From Chthonomonadaceae bacterium (lineage in GTDB: Bacteria > Armatimonadota > Chthonomonadetes > Chthonomonadales > Chthonomonadaceae), in the NCBI GenBank assembly GCA_035650735.1, contig DASRGZ010000198.1, positions 1 through 64,000 of the forward strand: a stretch of DNA of 64,000 nt, written 5' to 3'. This document shows positions 10,128-19,597 of the stretch, one piece after another. A program made the position numbers and the translations under genes. The notes under the pieces were generated by a model. It saw nothing but the letters and a program-made list of their open reading frames with translations, was not told the DNA's origin and made no database searches. How positions within the stretch are numbered: the stretch's first letter is position 1; each line of letters starts with the position of its first letter.

Positions 10128-10310
10128 TGTTGTGTGTCTATTGACTTCGGGACGTTGCCCATGAAGGACCTTCGCAGCCAGGCAGTGCTTGGCCATGAAA
10201 GTTATCGGCTTGAGGCTTCTCCGGCCCACCGGAATACTCGTTGGCCGACTGAGGTCGCCTGTTGTTGCGAAGGAGCGAGTACTGGCTTTTCGAACTGCCA
10301 ACTACCGCCG

Positions 10311-11489
10311 CTAATCCAGGGCAAAGAAATAGAGGCTGCGGCGCTTGCTGTCCGCCGCGTTGCCGGTCAGGACGAGCAGGCCGGTCTTGCCGCTGCCCTT
10401 CGCATCCAGCAGGCCGACGTCATAGACCGGGCCGTCGAGCTTGGGCGTGCCCCAGAGTTCGACGCCCTTGGGATCGCGCGCGTTGTGAAAGGCAATATAG
10501 TAGGAACGGCTCTTGATGACGAACTCGGTCTTGTTGGGGTCCTTCGGGTCCGGCTGCGTATCGAAATCCTGTGCGATCTTGGCATAGTAGAGGAAGAGCG
10601 CGCCAAAGTTACGCACGTCCCAGAGCCCGATCAAGCCGCCGGCCCCAATCGCCTCCGACAGCCCCATCTGCGTGAAGAACTCCGGCGTGCCGTGCATATC
10701 GCCCCAGGCCACCTGCGAGGAAGGCGGCGCATCTATGCCCTCCGTAAGCCAGTGCTCGGCGGCGGGGTCCACACGGTAGGCTTTTGCGGCGTTGGTCCCT
10801 TCCGACAGCAGGACGCGCTCCTCGCCGCTGCGCAGGCGGGTCGCGCCGAGCAGCGCCAGCGGCTGCGCCGCCGGCTTGTGCGCAAACTGCTTGCCGTTCC
10901 AATACCATAGATCGCCCGCCGTCACGATAACCGCCGGGCGGTTCGCGCCCGCGAACTTTCCGACCGCCAGTTTATCCGCCGGTCCCTGCGCCGACGCCGT
11001 AAACTCCGTGACGAACGCCTGCCCATCCCACTTTCGGACGGCCAGCGTCGCGCTCCCCTTTTGATCCGACGATTCGCTCAGCGTCACCAGGCGGGCCTTG
11101 CCATCCCCGACGACATCGGCAACGGCAGCGCGCCGCGCCGGATCGGTCAGCTCCTCTTTCCAGGCCAGGTGGAAGACGGGCGGCGCGTCCTTCCCCATCA
11201 CGGTAAGCTCGTTATAGCCGGCAAAGGAGTGGTCGTGCGCGGCATAGTACTGCCCGCGCGGATTACGTTCCGTAGTCTCGGTGATGCCCGTGCGCGGGTC
11301 AACGGCGCCCGGTGTCGGGCTTTTATGGCAGTACTGGCAGGTCTTGTTCTCCTTGAGGGCGTACTCTGGCTTCGCTGCCGCGCGCCGCGCGCTGCCTCCC
11401 AGTAGCGCCATCACGCACAACGCCCCCAGTGCCGCGCCAGAAAGGGCCATTATAGACCTATCCGAGGTCCAGATTTTTCTCACAAACAT
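10311..11489 (-). CDS. Secreted protein with N-terminal CxxCH (c-type heme) motif and FG-GAP/VCBS-like repeats
   Basis: Signal peptide, CQYCH, DVVGDGK and DAKGSGK loops; GGAG RBS before ATG 11489. Confidence 0.7.
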   Translation of the reverse strand: MFVRKIWTSDRSIMALSGAALGALCVMALLGGSARRAAAKPEYALKENKTCQYCHKSPTPGAVDPRTGITETTERNPRGQYYAAHDHSFAGYNELTVMGKDAPPVFHLAWKEELTDPARRAAVADVVGDGKARLVTLSESSDQKGSATLAVRKWDGQAFVTEFTASAQGPADKLAVGKFAGANRPAVIVTAGDLWYWNGKQFAHKPAAQPLALLGATRLRSGEERVLLSEGTNAAKAYRVDPAAEHWLTEGIDAPPSSQVAWGDMHGTPEFFTQMGLSEAIGAGGLIGLWDVRNFGALFLYYAKIAQDFDTQPDPKDPNKTEFVIKSRSYYIAFHNARDPKGVELWGTPKLDGPVYDVGLLDAKGSGKTGLLVLTGNAADSKRRSLYFFALD

Positions 11490-11600
11490 ATACAAAATCT
11501 CCGAGTGCAATTCAACGGAATTTCCAAAACCAACGCAATCTGCCGGCAGCCCTGCCCTCGCGCATGGCTGCCTCTCGAAGCTTTCCCTACACCCTATACC

Positions 11601-12788
11601 CTACCCCCTTTGGAAAGGTTTCAGGGCGGCTTGCAGGTCCGCCCAGAGGTCGTCGGCGCTTTCCAGCCCGATATGCAGCCGGATCATCCAGCGCGTTTCG
11701 CCCGGCTTGCCGCCGACGATGTGCGCCGGAATCCCCATCGGCAGGGCCAGGCTCTCGAAGCCGCCCCAACTGCACCCGATGCCAAAGTAGCGCAGCGCGT
11801 TGACGAAGCGATAGGCTGCCTCCCGACTCTGCTCTTTGAGCTCGATGCTGAGCAGGCTGCTGGTGCCGTGCAGTTGACGGCGGGTCAGTTCGCGTTGGGG
11901 ATCGGCAGGCAGGCCGGGATAGTGGACGACGGCGATGGCCGGATGGTCGCTGAGGGCCTGGGCGATACGGCGAGCGTTCTGCTGGTGCCGCTCCATACGG
12001 ATCGCCAGGGTGCGCAGACCGCGCAGCAGCAGCCAGGCAGCGAAGGGGTCCAGCATTGCGCCGAGCAGAGCGCCCTCCCGCTCCGCCAGCGGTTCCATGC
12101 GGGCCTTGCTGCCGACCACCACGCCGGCAACGATGTCGCTGTGCCCGCCCAGGTACTTCGTCGCCGAATGTACCACCAGATCCACGCCCCACGTCAGCGG
12201 GTTCTGGAAGTAGGGCGTGGCCCAGGAGTTATCGCAAAGGGTGGCCGCGCCGCACTGTTTTGCGATAGCGACCACCGCCGCTAAGTCCTGCTGCTTGTAC
12301 ACGACGCTGGAGGGCGACTCCAGGTAAAGCAGGGTCGTGTTGGGACGGAGGGCGTCCGCGTAGTCCTGTGGGTCGCTGCCGTCCACAAAGGTCACGCTGA
12401 TATTAAAGCGGGCCAGGTAGTCGGCAAGAAACGCCCGGGTCGGCCCGTAGGCTGTCTCCGGCGCGACCACGTGGTCCCCGGCCCGCATGCAGGAGAGAAT
12501 CGCCGCCGAGATCGCCGCCATGCCGCTGGAGAAACAGCGTGCCCGCTCGCCCTTCTCCAGCGCCGCCAGCTTGGCTTCAACGATGTCGGTGGTCGGGTTG
12601 GCGATGCGGGTATAATTATAGGCGTCCGGATTGCCGAATCGATCCTCGCAGGTCGGCGTGGTGAACAGTGAGTTCTGGTAGATGGGTGGAATGACCGCGC
12701 CCTGGTAGCGGCGAGGGTCCTCTCCCCAGTGGGCGCAAATCGTCTCGAAGTCCGGCATGGCGTCCGGGTTTTGCGGGATTTCAGGCAT
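11601..12788 (-). CDS. Cys/Met metabolism PLP-dependent enzyme (cystathionine gamma-synthase / methionine gamma-lyase family)
   Basis: YTRIANPT, FSSGMAAI, DNSWATP, HSATKYLGGHSD, SWGG, IRLHIGLE. Confidence 0.92.
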   Translation of the reverse strand: MPEIPQNPDAMPDFETICAHWGEDPRRYQGAVIPPIYQNSLFTTPTCEDRFGNPDAYNYTRIANPTTDIVEAKLAALEKGERARCFSSGMAAISAAILSCMRAGDHVVAPETAYGPTRAFLADYLARFNISVTFVDGSDPQDYADALRPNTTLLYLESPSSVVYKQQDLAAVVAIAKQCGAATLCDNSWATPYFQNPLTWGVDLVVHSATKYLGGHSDIVAGVVVGSKARMEPLAEREGALLGAMLDPFAAWLLLRGLRTLAIRMERHQQNARRIAQALSDHPAIAVVHYPGLPADPQRELTRRQLHGTSSLLSIELKEQSREAAYRFVNALRYFGIGCSWGGFESLALPMGIPAHIVGGKPGETRWMIRLHIGLESADDLWADLQAALKPFQRG

Positions 12789-12828
12789 CCAATCTCCCTT
12801 TTCCTGGCGGCGCTTCTCCTGCGTAGCT

Positions 12829-13425
12829 TTAGAGCTTGGTCATCTTATCAATGATGTCGTCTACCCAGAAGCCGTAGTCCTCCGGGTTCTCCTTGAGGAC
12901 GTAGTCCAGGACGTACCACTTGCCGTTGTGCTGGGTGATTTTGAACTGGCGGACACGTATCACCTTATAGCGGCCATCTTCATCCTTATAGGTGCCCTGC
13001 TCCTGAACGGCGACGTGCCACTGTCCCGGCTGGGTCGGTTCCGCCGTAAGCACCTTGTAGGCCGTGGGCACGAAGGAACCCCGCGAGGTCTCAAACAGAA
13101 TGGGCTGGTGCTTGGTGCCGGGCATATCGTGGGGGCCGTAGCCGCGCAGCCATTGGTAGCGTTTTTCCAGCGCCCAGGCGTCCTGGGTCGGGACCATCAG
13201 CTTCATGATCATGGTCTGCTTGTCTTTGCGCTGATACGCCTTCTCAAAATCATCCACCACCTTGAGCACCGCCGCGCGCGGCCCGCCCACGTTCTTCGCC
13301 GCCTGATGTCCGGGCGAATGCGCTTTGCGCTTTGCGCTCACGGTGTGCGCCGGACCTGCAAAGGCCGACGCCGCCACAACGACCGAGGACAGCAATGCTG
13401 CTGCGAGAGTTTTCCGCGAGTTCAC
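12829..13425 (-). CDS. Secreted hypothetical protein (possibly NTF2-like)
   Basis: GTG start after a purine-rich RBS; signal peptide ending ASAFA; HNGKWYV near C-terminus. Confidence 0.7.
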   Translation of the reverse strand: MNSRKTLAAALLSSVVVAASAFAGPAHTVSAKRKAHSPGHQAAKNVGGPRAAVLKVVDDFEKAYQRKDKQTMIMKLMVPTQDAWALEKRYQWLRGYGPHDMPGTKHQPILFETSRGSFVPTAYKVLTAEPTQPGQWHVAVQEQGTYKDEDGRYKVIRVRQFKITQHNGKWYVLDYVLKENPEDYGFWVDDIIDKMTKL

Positions 13426-13537
13426 CTTCCTGACTTCTCCTTTTCTTGCCAGCATGGGCGTCTTGATAACGCCCGACCGCCGGGTATTTCACCGCCAGCG
13501 CGCCAAAACCCTGCTTCGCCCCTGTAAGCCCTCAGGG

Positions 13538-16288
13538 CTATTCCGTTAGCGCATACGCGATGGCCTGTTCCAGCAAGAGAGAGCGGCCCGCCTCAAGGTC
13601 AGCCTGGTAGCCGTCTTCACCGAGCGCGGCCCGCAGGTCGGCCTGGATACGGTCGTGCTCTGCACGCTCGCTCGGCGGCAGAGGAGCACCGATGGCTTCG
13701 CGCAGTGCTTGCGCTGCCCCAGAGAGCCGTACGGCCCGTTCCGGCTGATGTTGCGCATGGGCCAGTTCAGCGAAGGCTTGCAGGGTATACGCGGTAGTAC
13801 GCTTTTCTCCCAACTGATGGCAGATAGTCAGGCACTCAGCCAGGAACCTGCGAGCAGCAAGATAGTCGCCCTGTTTGCACAGGAGCGGCCCCAGGTTGAC
13901 CAGTGAGGTAGCTATGCCCCCCTTATCACCCAATTCTCGCTGAATACCTAGACTCTCTTCATAGAGCGTCCGTGCCGCAGTATAATTACCCTGGACGCGG
14001 GCGACAATGCCTAGGTTGACCAGCGAAAAGGCTATGCTTTGCTTGTCACCCAGTTCCCGTGCGATAGCCAAGCTTTCTTCATAGAGCGTCCGTGCTACGG
14101 CATAATCGCCCTGTTGATGGGCTATATTGCCCAGCCAGATGAGCGAATTAGCAATACCTTGCGTGTTGCCAAGCTCCCGCGCGATAGCCAGGCTCTCTTC
14201 GAAGAATGCCCGCGCCGCAATATAATCGCCCTGGATATGGGCCACAATACCCAAGTTGCCCAGCGAAGCCGCAATGCCTTGCTTGTTACCCAGTTCTCTT
14301 CGGAGAGCTAGGCTTTGCTCATGAAACGACCGGGCCGCCACATAGTCGCCTTGCCTCAAAGCTAGAACGCCCGCTCCATTCAAGGCATAGGCCCGTGCTT
14401 TACTCGGCTCAGAATCCGCCGCTCGCTCCAATGCCTGAACCAGGCGCTCCCTCCCCTCGCTCAGATACCCTCGTGCTTCCCAGAAGCGCTGCAACGCCCC
14501 TGCCAAACTCAGCCCGGCTTCCGTGCCCTCTTCTTGTTCCTGGCAGTAATCCAGGGCGGCTCTCAGGTTATCATGCTCGATCTCCAGCCTCTCTAGCCAC
14601 TCCGCCTGCTCAGGGCCTTTCAGTTTCTCTTTGGCCTCCTCCGCCAAAGCCAGGAAGAAATCCCGGTGCCGAACCCGCAACTGCGCCTCTTCCTCCCTCT
14701 CTGCCAGCCGCTTCAAGCCGTATTGCCGGATCGTTTCCAACAGACGGTAACGCCCTTCGGCTTGATCCTCCTGCTCCTCAAATACCGCCAGCGACTTGTC
14801 CACCAGCGAAGTCAGCAGGTCGAGGACTTCCCATTCCTGGATTCCCTCGCCGGCACACACCCTCTCTGCGGCTTCCAGCGTCCACCCACCGGCAAACACC
14901 GACAGACGCCCCAACAGCAGCCGCTCCTGCTCTGAGAGCAGGTCGTAACTCCAATCCAGCGTCGCCCGCAAGGTCTGCTGGCGTGGTAAGGCCGTTCGAC
15001 TTCCGCCAATCAGCAGCCGGAACCGGTCGTCTAGGCGGGAGGCGATCTGGGCCGCCGTCAAAACCCGGATCCGGGCTGCCGCTAATTCCAGGGCCAGGGG
15101 AATGCCATCCAAGCGGTGACACACCTGGGCCACGGCAGGCCCGTTCTGCCGCGTCAGCGCAAAGTCGGACCGATGTGAACGGGCGCGCTCGACAAACAGC
15201 CGTACAGCATCGTAGTCCAGCAAGACAGCGGCCATATCCTTCTCCGCAAGCGGCAGAGCGTCAGGGTCGGGTTGCAGGAGTGAGGGCACACGGTAGGTCG
15301 TCTCGCTTGCCACATTTAACGTCTCCCGGCTGGTTGCCAGGATCTTTAGCTGCGGGCACGAGCGCAGCAGCGTATCGGCTAGGCGAGCACAGGCTTCCAC
15401 CAGGTGCTCACAGTTATCCAGGAGAAGCAGCAAGGACTTAGATTGGAGGTAGTCGGTCAGCGTCTCGGTCAGGGAACGGCCCGGTTCCTCCCGCAGGCCC
15501 AGGACCGCCGCAACCGTCTGCACGACCAGAGACGGGTCTGAAAGCGCCGCCAACTCCACCAGCCACACGCCGTCGGGATAGTCCTCCACTACCTCGGCAG
15601 CCACCTGGAGGGCCAGCCTTGTCTTGCCACAGCCGCCGGTTCCGGTCAAGGTCAGCAAGCGGGTGGAGGCCAGCAACTCCTTGAGTTGGGCCATTTCCCT
15701 CTCTCTGCCGATGAAGGAGGTGGATTGGATGGGCAGGTTGGTATTGCGCAGAGAGCGCAACGGGGGGAACGCGGAAGGCAAGTCAGGGGCGGCCAGTTGA
15801 AAGACGTGCTCCGGCTGCTGCAAGTCCTTGAGACGATGGCTGCCCTTGTCCGTCAGAGGAGCATCCCCAGGCAGCAGGTCGCGCGTGGCCTGAGAGAGCA
15901 GGACTTGCCCGCCGTGTCCGATAGCCAGCAGACGGGCCACGCGATTGAGCGGCGGCCCGAAATAGTCCCCGTTCTGCTCCTCGGCGTTTCCGGTATGCAG
16001 GGCCATCCGGACACGCAGGGAGAGTCCGGCAGGCCAGGCTTCTGTGGTCAAGGCGCGTTGGGCCGACAGAGCGGCGGCAAGGGCATCCGGAGCGATGGCG
16101 AAGGCGGCACAGAAAGCATCCCCGACGGTCTTGAAGACGTGACCATTATGGCTCTCAACGGCAGTTTGGAGCAGGGCGTCATGGTGGGCCAGGGCTTGTC
16201 GCATGGCCTCCGGGTGCTCTTCCCAGAGCTTGGTGCTGCCTTCGATGTCAGTGAACAGAAACGTGACCGTTCCGGTCGGCAGGGTCAT
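13538..16288 (-). CDS. Class III adenylate cyclase + STAND ATPase + TPR protein
   Basis: FLFTDIEGST, KTVGDAF, GDYFGPPLNRVARL; GTGGCGKT, LLLLDNCEH, LDGIPLAL; 40-aa TPR repeats. Confidence 0.92.
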   Translation of the reverse strand: MTLPTGTVTFLFTDIEGSTKLWEEHPEAMRQALAHHDALLQTAVESHNGHVFKTVGDAFCAAFAIAPDALAAALSAQRALTTEAWPAGLSLRVRMALHTGNAEEQNGDYFGPPLNRVARLLAIGHGGQVLLSQATRDLLPGDAPLTDKGSHRLKDLQQPEHVFQLAAPDLPSAFPPLRSLRNTNLPIQSTSFIGREREMAQLKELLASTRLLTLTGTGGCGKTRLALQVAAEVVEDYPDGVWLVELAALSDPSLVVQTVAAVLGLREEPGRSLTETLTDYLQSKSLLLLLDNCEHLVEACARLADTLLRSCPQLKILATSRETLNVASETTYRVPSLLQPDPDALPLAEKDMAAVLLDYDAVRLFVERARSHRSDFALTRQNGPAVAQVCHRLDGIPLALELAAARIRVLTAAQIASRLDDRFRLLIGGSRTALPRQQTLRATLDWSYDLLSEQERLLLGRLSVFAGGWTLEAAERVCAGEGIQEWEVLDLLTSLVDKSLAVFEEQEDQAEGRYRLLETIRQYGLKRLAEREEEAQLRVRHRDFFLALAEEAKEKLKGPEQAEWLERLEIEHDNLRAALDYCQEQEEGTEAGLSLAGALQRFWEARGYLSEGRERLVQALERAADSEPSKARAYALNGAGVLALRQGDYVAARSFHEQSLALRRELGNKQGIAASLGNLGIVAHIQGDYIAARAFFEESLAIARELGNTQGIANSLIWLGNIAHQQGDYAVARTLYEESLAIARELGDKQSIAFSLVNLGIVARVQGNYTAARTLYEESLGIQRELGDKGGIATSLVNLGPLLCKQGDYLAARRFLAECLTICHQLGEKRTTAYTLQAFAELAHAQHQPERAVRLSGAAQALREAIGAPLPPSERAEHDRIQADLRAALGEDGYQADLEAGRSLLLEQAIAYALTE

Positions 16289-16610
16289 GGTACGTCTCCC
16301 CTGGATGGCTATAGGCGCATTAGGGTTCGTCAGGCAGGAAGGCTTCTCCTGCCGGGTCCAATAAGCGCAGCAGGCGCCCCATTTCGGACTGCCCAAAGCC
16401 GCCAACATGCCGATCTCGCGCGCCTCGCCCGTGAGCCGGGAGATGCTAATTTGGACTCTGGAGCATGCTGAGAGCCTGGAGTAGGACGCGCATACCCGCC
16501 AAAAGTTGGGGGGCAACGGGTGACTTTATACATGATAAGAAGGCTATACGATAAATCGAGTAAGCATGTTTTGACAAATAGCAGCGCGCTAACCTGAAAT
16601 TTTTAACAGA

Positions 16611-16626
16611 TGGCATGCTTCTTGCA
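16611..16626 (+). promoter_or_regulatory. sigma54 -24/-12 promoter
   Basis: TGGCAT-GCTTC-TTGCA after an AT-rich tract, upstream of a PEP-CTERM gene. Confidence 0.7.
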
Positions 16627-16802
16627 AAGTAAAGTGTGGATGGGCGTCATCGGCCCATGCGTTACCCATCGAAATCAGGCAGTACACGTAAGGCCCGGTT
16701 GGCCGCGATGCCCGGTTCATAATGTCGTGTCCCTGTGGAAATAGCGGGCGGCTATCGGCGAGCGCGGCCTGCCTGTACTGGCAAGCACGCAGGAGGCACA
16801 GT

Positions 16803-17516
16803 ATGCGATTTCGCTATCGCAGCAGTGGAAGGTTGTGTGCAGGGGTTTTAAGCGCCGCCCTTTTGGCCGGGGGCGCGCCGCGTTGTCTGGCGGCGGAACC
16901 AGACTACGGCCTGACCGAGAACGCGAATGCCACCACAATCAGCCAGGACAGCAGATCGGGAGGTAAAAACTCTGCGACTGCGGGGATACTGCTGGCGCTG
17001 GCGGCGGTTGCCGGCCTGGGCCTGGCAGGCGGCGGCGGGTCGCATGGAGGGAGCGCCGCGCCGCCCGACAGCGGCGGACTGGATCTAAGCGGATCGAGCC
17101 TGAATCTGTCCTCGGAAGATAGAGCGACCTCTTCCGACAATCAAACCCAGGCTCCCTTGCCGGGCAAGACTTCCTTACCGGACGTGACTTCCTCGCCGGG
17201 CCAGACTCTCTTGCCGGGGCCGGGAACGCCGGCCAATGGCGGAGAGACTCTGGCCTTTATCGGCAGCGGCCAGACCTCTCAGCCTGCGCTTCCGGCCTTC
17301 GGAGGGGTCGCTCCGATATCGGCTCTTCCGAGCGCTCCTATGAGCGGACCGGTCAGCACGCCGGGCGGCACTCCCCATGCGGACCTGCCCGGCTCCATCA
17401 CGCCGCAACAGGCCCCGCCCTCCGTTCCGGAACCGTCCGGGGCTCTGATGGGCATTATGGCTGCCGCGCTGGCCGGTGGTTGGACCTGGCGCAGGCGCGC
17501 GCAGCGGGCGCGTTAG
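16803..17516 (+). CDS. Low-complexity (Gly/Ser/Pro) PEP-CTERM protein
   Basis: AGGAGG RBS; signal peptide; VPEPSG + TM + RRRAQRAR. Confidence 0.8.
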   Translation: MRFRYRSSGRLCAGVLSAALLAGGAPRCLAAEPDYGLTENANATTISQDSRSGGKNSATAGILLALAAVAGLGLAGGGGSHGGSAAPPDSGGLDLSGSSLNLSSEDRATSSDNQTQAPLPGKTSLPDVTSSPGQTLLPGPGTPANGGETLAFIGSGQTSQPALPAFGGVAPISALPSAPMSGPVSTPGGTPHADLPGSITPQQAPPSVPEPSGALMGIMAAALAGGWTWRRRAQRAR

Positions 17517-17670
17517 GGGCTGAGTCGCAGGAAGAGCAAAGCCAACGCCGCCAACCGGACACACGTAGGCCCGCAAGGTTAGACTGCCCGCCTGCGTAGC
17601 GTCCGGCAGATGCGGGAGGACATGCGCTATTCAATGCAGCCTATCAACGGATAAGTCAAGTCGGCGCAGG

Positions 17671-18768
17671 CTAGCCGAGCTTGGCCATCTCCGCCTTCAG
17701 ATGGTCTATGGCGCCGATGTCGGTGGGACAGATGCCGTTGAGATAAGCCAGGTAGATAGTCAGGAAATCGGCGAAGTAGATCAGGTGGAACATGCGGGCC
17801 AGCAGCGACTGCCCGCGCGCCCAGACCTCATGCACCTGCGCCACGGGAGCGATAAGCTCTTTGGTCACCTCGACGCGGCGGGCGATGCGCGGCGTTTCCG
17901 AAACCTCTTCCGGGTCGCGCAGGAAGATTACCGCCCAATTCTGCGCCTGCCGCGCTGCCAGCGTCCAGGCGAGAATTTCGTTGTGGTTCTGCTCCGGGAA
18001 GACATTGGCGAAAGCGGCCTGCTTGGCGTTTTCGTTAAACTGTGACTTCCAGCGGTAGGCCACGGCGCCGCGATAGCCCTGCGAGCCGTAGAGGATGGGC
18101 AGCTTGCCGTGCAGCGCGACGGCCAACTGTTTGGCCGGGTTTTGCTCTATGGGAACCTCCGGGCCGAGTGCGGCGATCAGAGCCTCCAGATTCGAGAGCG
18201 TTTCGGCGAGGTCGGCGGCGAGGTCGCGGCCTAGCAGGCCGCGATGCGCCAGGTAGCCGATCAGTGGGAAGAACATATAGCCGGTGGCCGAGCGCGGCGG
18301 CTGCCCGCCCGGCACGAGGGCGACCGGGACGCCGTCGGCCTTTGCCATCTCGCCAAGCTTGCCCCCGCTGGTGACCGCCATCAACTGCGCGCCCGCCGTC
18401 CTGGCTGCCGCGTAGGCCGCCAGCGTCTCCTCCGTGTTGCCGGAGTACGACCCCGCGATGACCAGCGTGTGCGGCCCCACGAAATGCGGCAGCGTGTAGT
18501 CGCGGTTGACCAGGAGCGGCACGGGACCGTAGGCGTCGGTAAGGCAGCGCGCAAAGTCGCCGCCAATGGCCGATCCGCCCAGCCCAGTCACGACGATCTG
18601 CCGGACGTCGGCGCGTCCCGGCGGCTCCGGCGCAAACTGCCTGCCGATGGCGACGGCCTCGCGGCACTGCTGGGGAAATTTCAGCGCCAGGCCCATCATG
18701 TCGTGCGGGTCCAGCACGGCAAATCGCCTGGGATCGGTCAGGTCATCTAGAATCGGGTGGGTAGGCAT
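17671..18768 (-). CDS. Bifunctional phosphoglucose/phosphomannose isomerase
   Basis: GLGGSAIGG, SYSGNTEET, TSGG, QFNENAK, FPEQNHNEI; GGAGGTG RBS. Confidence 0.93.
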   Translation of the reverse strand: MPTHPILDDLTDPRRFAVLDPHDMMGLALKFPQQCREAVAIGRQFAPEPPGRADVRQIVVTGLGGSAIGGDFARCLTDAYGPVPLLVNRDYTLPHFVGPHTLVIAGSYSGNTEETLAAYAAARTAGAQLMAVTSGGKLGEMAKADGVPVALVPGGQPPRSATGYMFFPLIGYLAHRGLLGRDLAADLAETLSNLEALIAALGPEVPIEQNPAKQLAVALHGKLPILYGSQGYRGAVAYRWKSQFNENAKQAAFANVFPEQNHNEILAWTLAARQAQNWAVIFLRDPEEVSETPRIARRVEVTKELIAPVAQVHEVWARGQSLLARMFHLIYFADFLTIYLAYLNGICPTDIGAIDHLKAEMAKLG

Positions 18769-18837
18769 CCTTCACCTCCGTCCTCATCAAGAATTAAGGT
18801 GCAGGGACGACAAACCCCTGCCCTCAGGCAGCGAGGT

Positions 18838-18876
18838 AAAAAAGAGAGCGCCCGCAGCGTTGGTCGCTCTCTTTTT
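18838..18876 (-). terminator. Intrinsic terminator downstream of tRNA-Sec (symmetrical, could be bidirectional)
   Basis: aaaaagagagcg ... cgctctcttttt. Confidence 0.8.
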
Positions 18877-18920
18877 GTTCCTTGATTTCGCGCGTTCTCA
18901 CCGCGCGCCGCCGCAAATTC

Positions 18921-19018
18921 TGGCGGGAGTGCATGGGAATCGAACCCATCGGAGACGGAATAGCCGCCTCCCAAACGGTTTTGAAGACCGCGCCAGGCAC
19001 CAGCCCAGATTCACCCCC
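18921..19018 (-). tRNA. selC: tRNA-Sec (anticodon UCA)
   Basis: GGGGGTGA AT CTGGGC-TGGT-GCCTGG C GCGGT-CTTCAAA-ACCGT, long variable arm, ATGGG-TTCGATT-CCCAT GCACTCCC G CCA; 6-bp D stem with 4-nt loop; encoded CCA. Confidence 0.96.
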
Positions 19019-19024
19019 ACGTCT

Positions 19025-19423
19025 CTACTTATTTACGCTCTGGCTATGCACTTTTGCGCCCAAAAGGACGCCCCCAAATGTTTCGCACGCCAAAATCAAG
19101 ACAAACACCGCCAGATAGATCAGTGCGAGGAAAGGCCCTAACTCGATGGCGATCTCGCGGATGAGCGGCCCTATCACCGAGAGCGGCATGAAAATCAGCA
19201 GCAGGCTCCACCACAACAGCGGACGTCGCTTGCGGCTCGGCCCGACGATCAGCCCGACGGTAACCCCCCAGGTGAACTGGATGCCCAAGATAGACAAGAT
19301 ATAGATGTGCAATACCCAGTCGGGTAGTGGATCATAGGCATTGCGGTATAGATAGAGCCACACCAAACAGACGAACAGATGGGCCCAGAGCAGCAGCTTC
19401 GACCAGAGACGCAGTTTTTTCAT
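19025..19423 (-). CDS. Hypothetical membrane protein (about 4 TM)
   Basis: AAGGAG RBS; four hydrophobic segments. Confidence 0.75.
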   Translation of the reverse strand: MKKLRLWSKLLLWAHLFVCLVWLYLYRNAYDPLPDWVLHIYILSILGIQFTWGVTVGLIVGPSRKRRPLLWWSLLLIFMPLSVIGPLIREIAIELGPFLALIYLAVFVLILACETFGGVLLGAKVHSQSVNK

Positions 19424-19597
19424 GGCCTGGCTCCTTGCGCCCGATACCTGCGGCGCGCTTGCAACCCGAATGCCGAAGCAGGGAGTATAGAGGCTACTGA
19501 GAGGGCCTGTGAGGCCCGAAACGGTTTCCTACACGCCCAGCAGTGGGCACGGCCTGGAAGGGGTTGCTGATTAACCCATTAGCCCCTCGACGTTGAC

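Noticed and set aside
10181..10299. Possible MITE bounded by ggcagt...actgcc
   Set aside because: Only 6-bp inverted ends and no target duplication
16289..16516. N-terminal extension of the cyclase ORF containing REIGMLAALG (FtsX-like)
   Set aside because: RBS and domain start support ATG 16288; a 10-aa resemblance is too weak
18880..18940. Integrative element at the tRNA-Sec 3' end
   Set aside because: No integrase and no duplicated tRNA 3' end seen in the window
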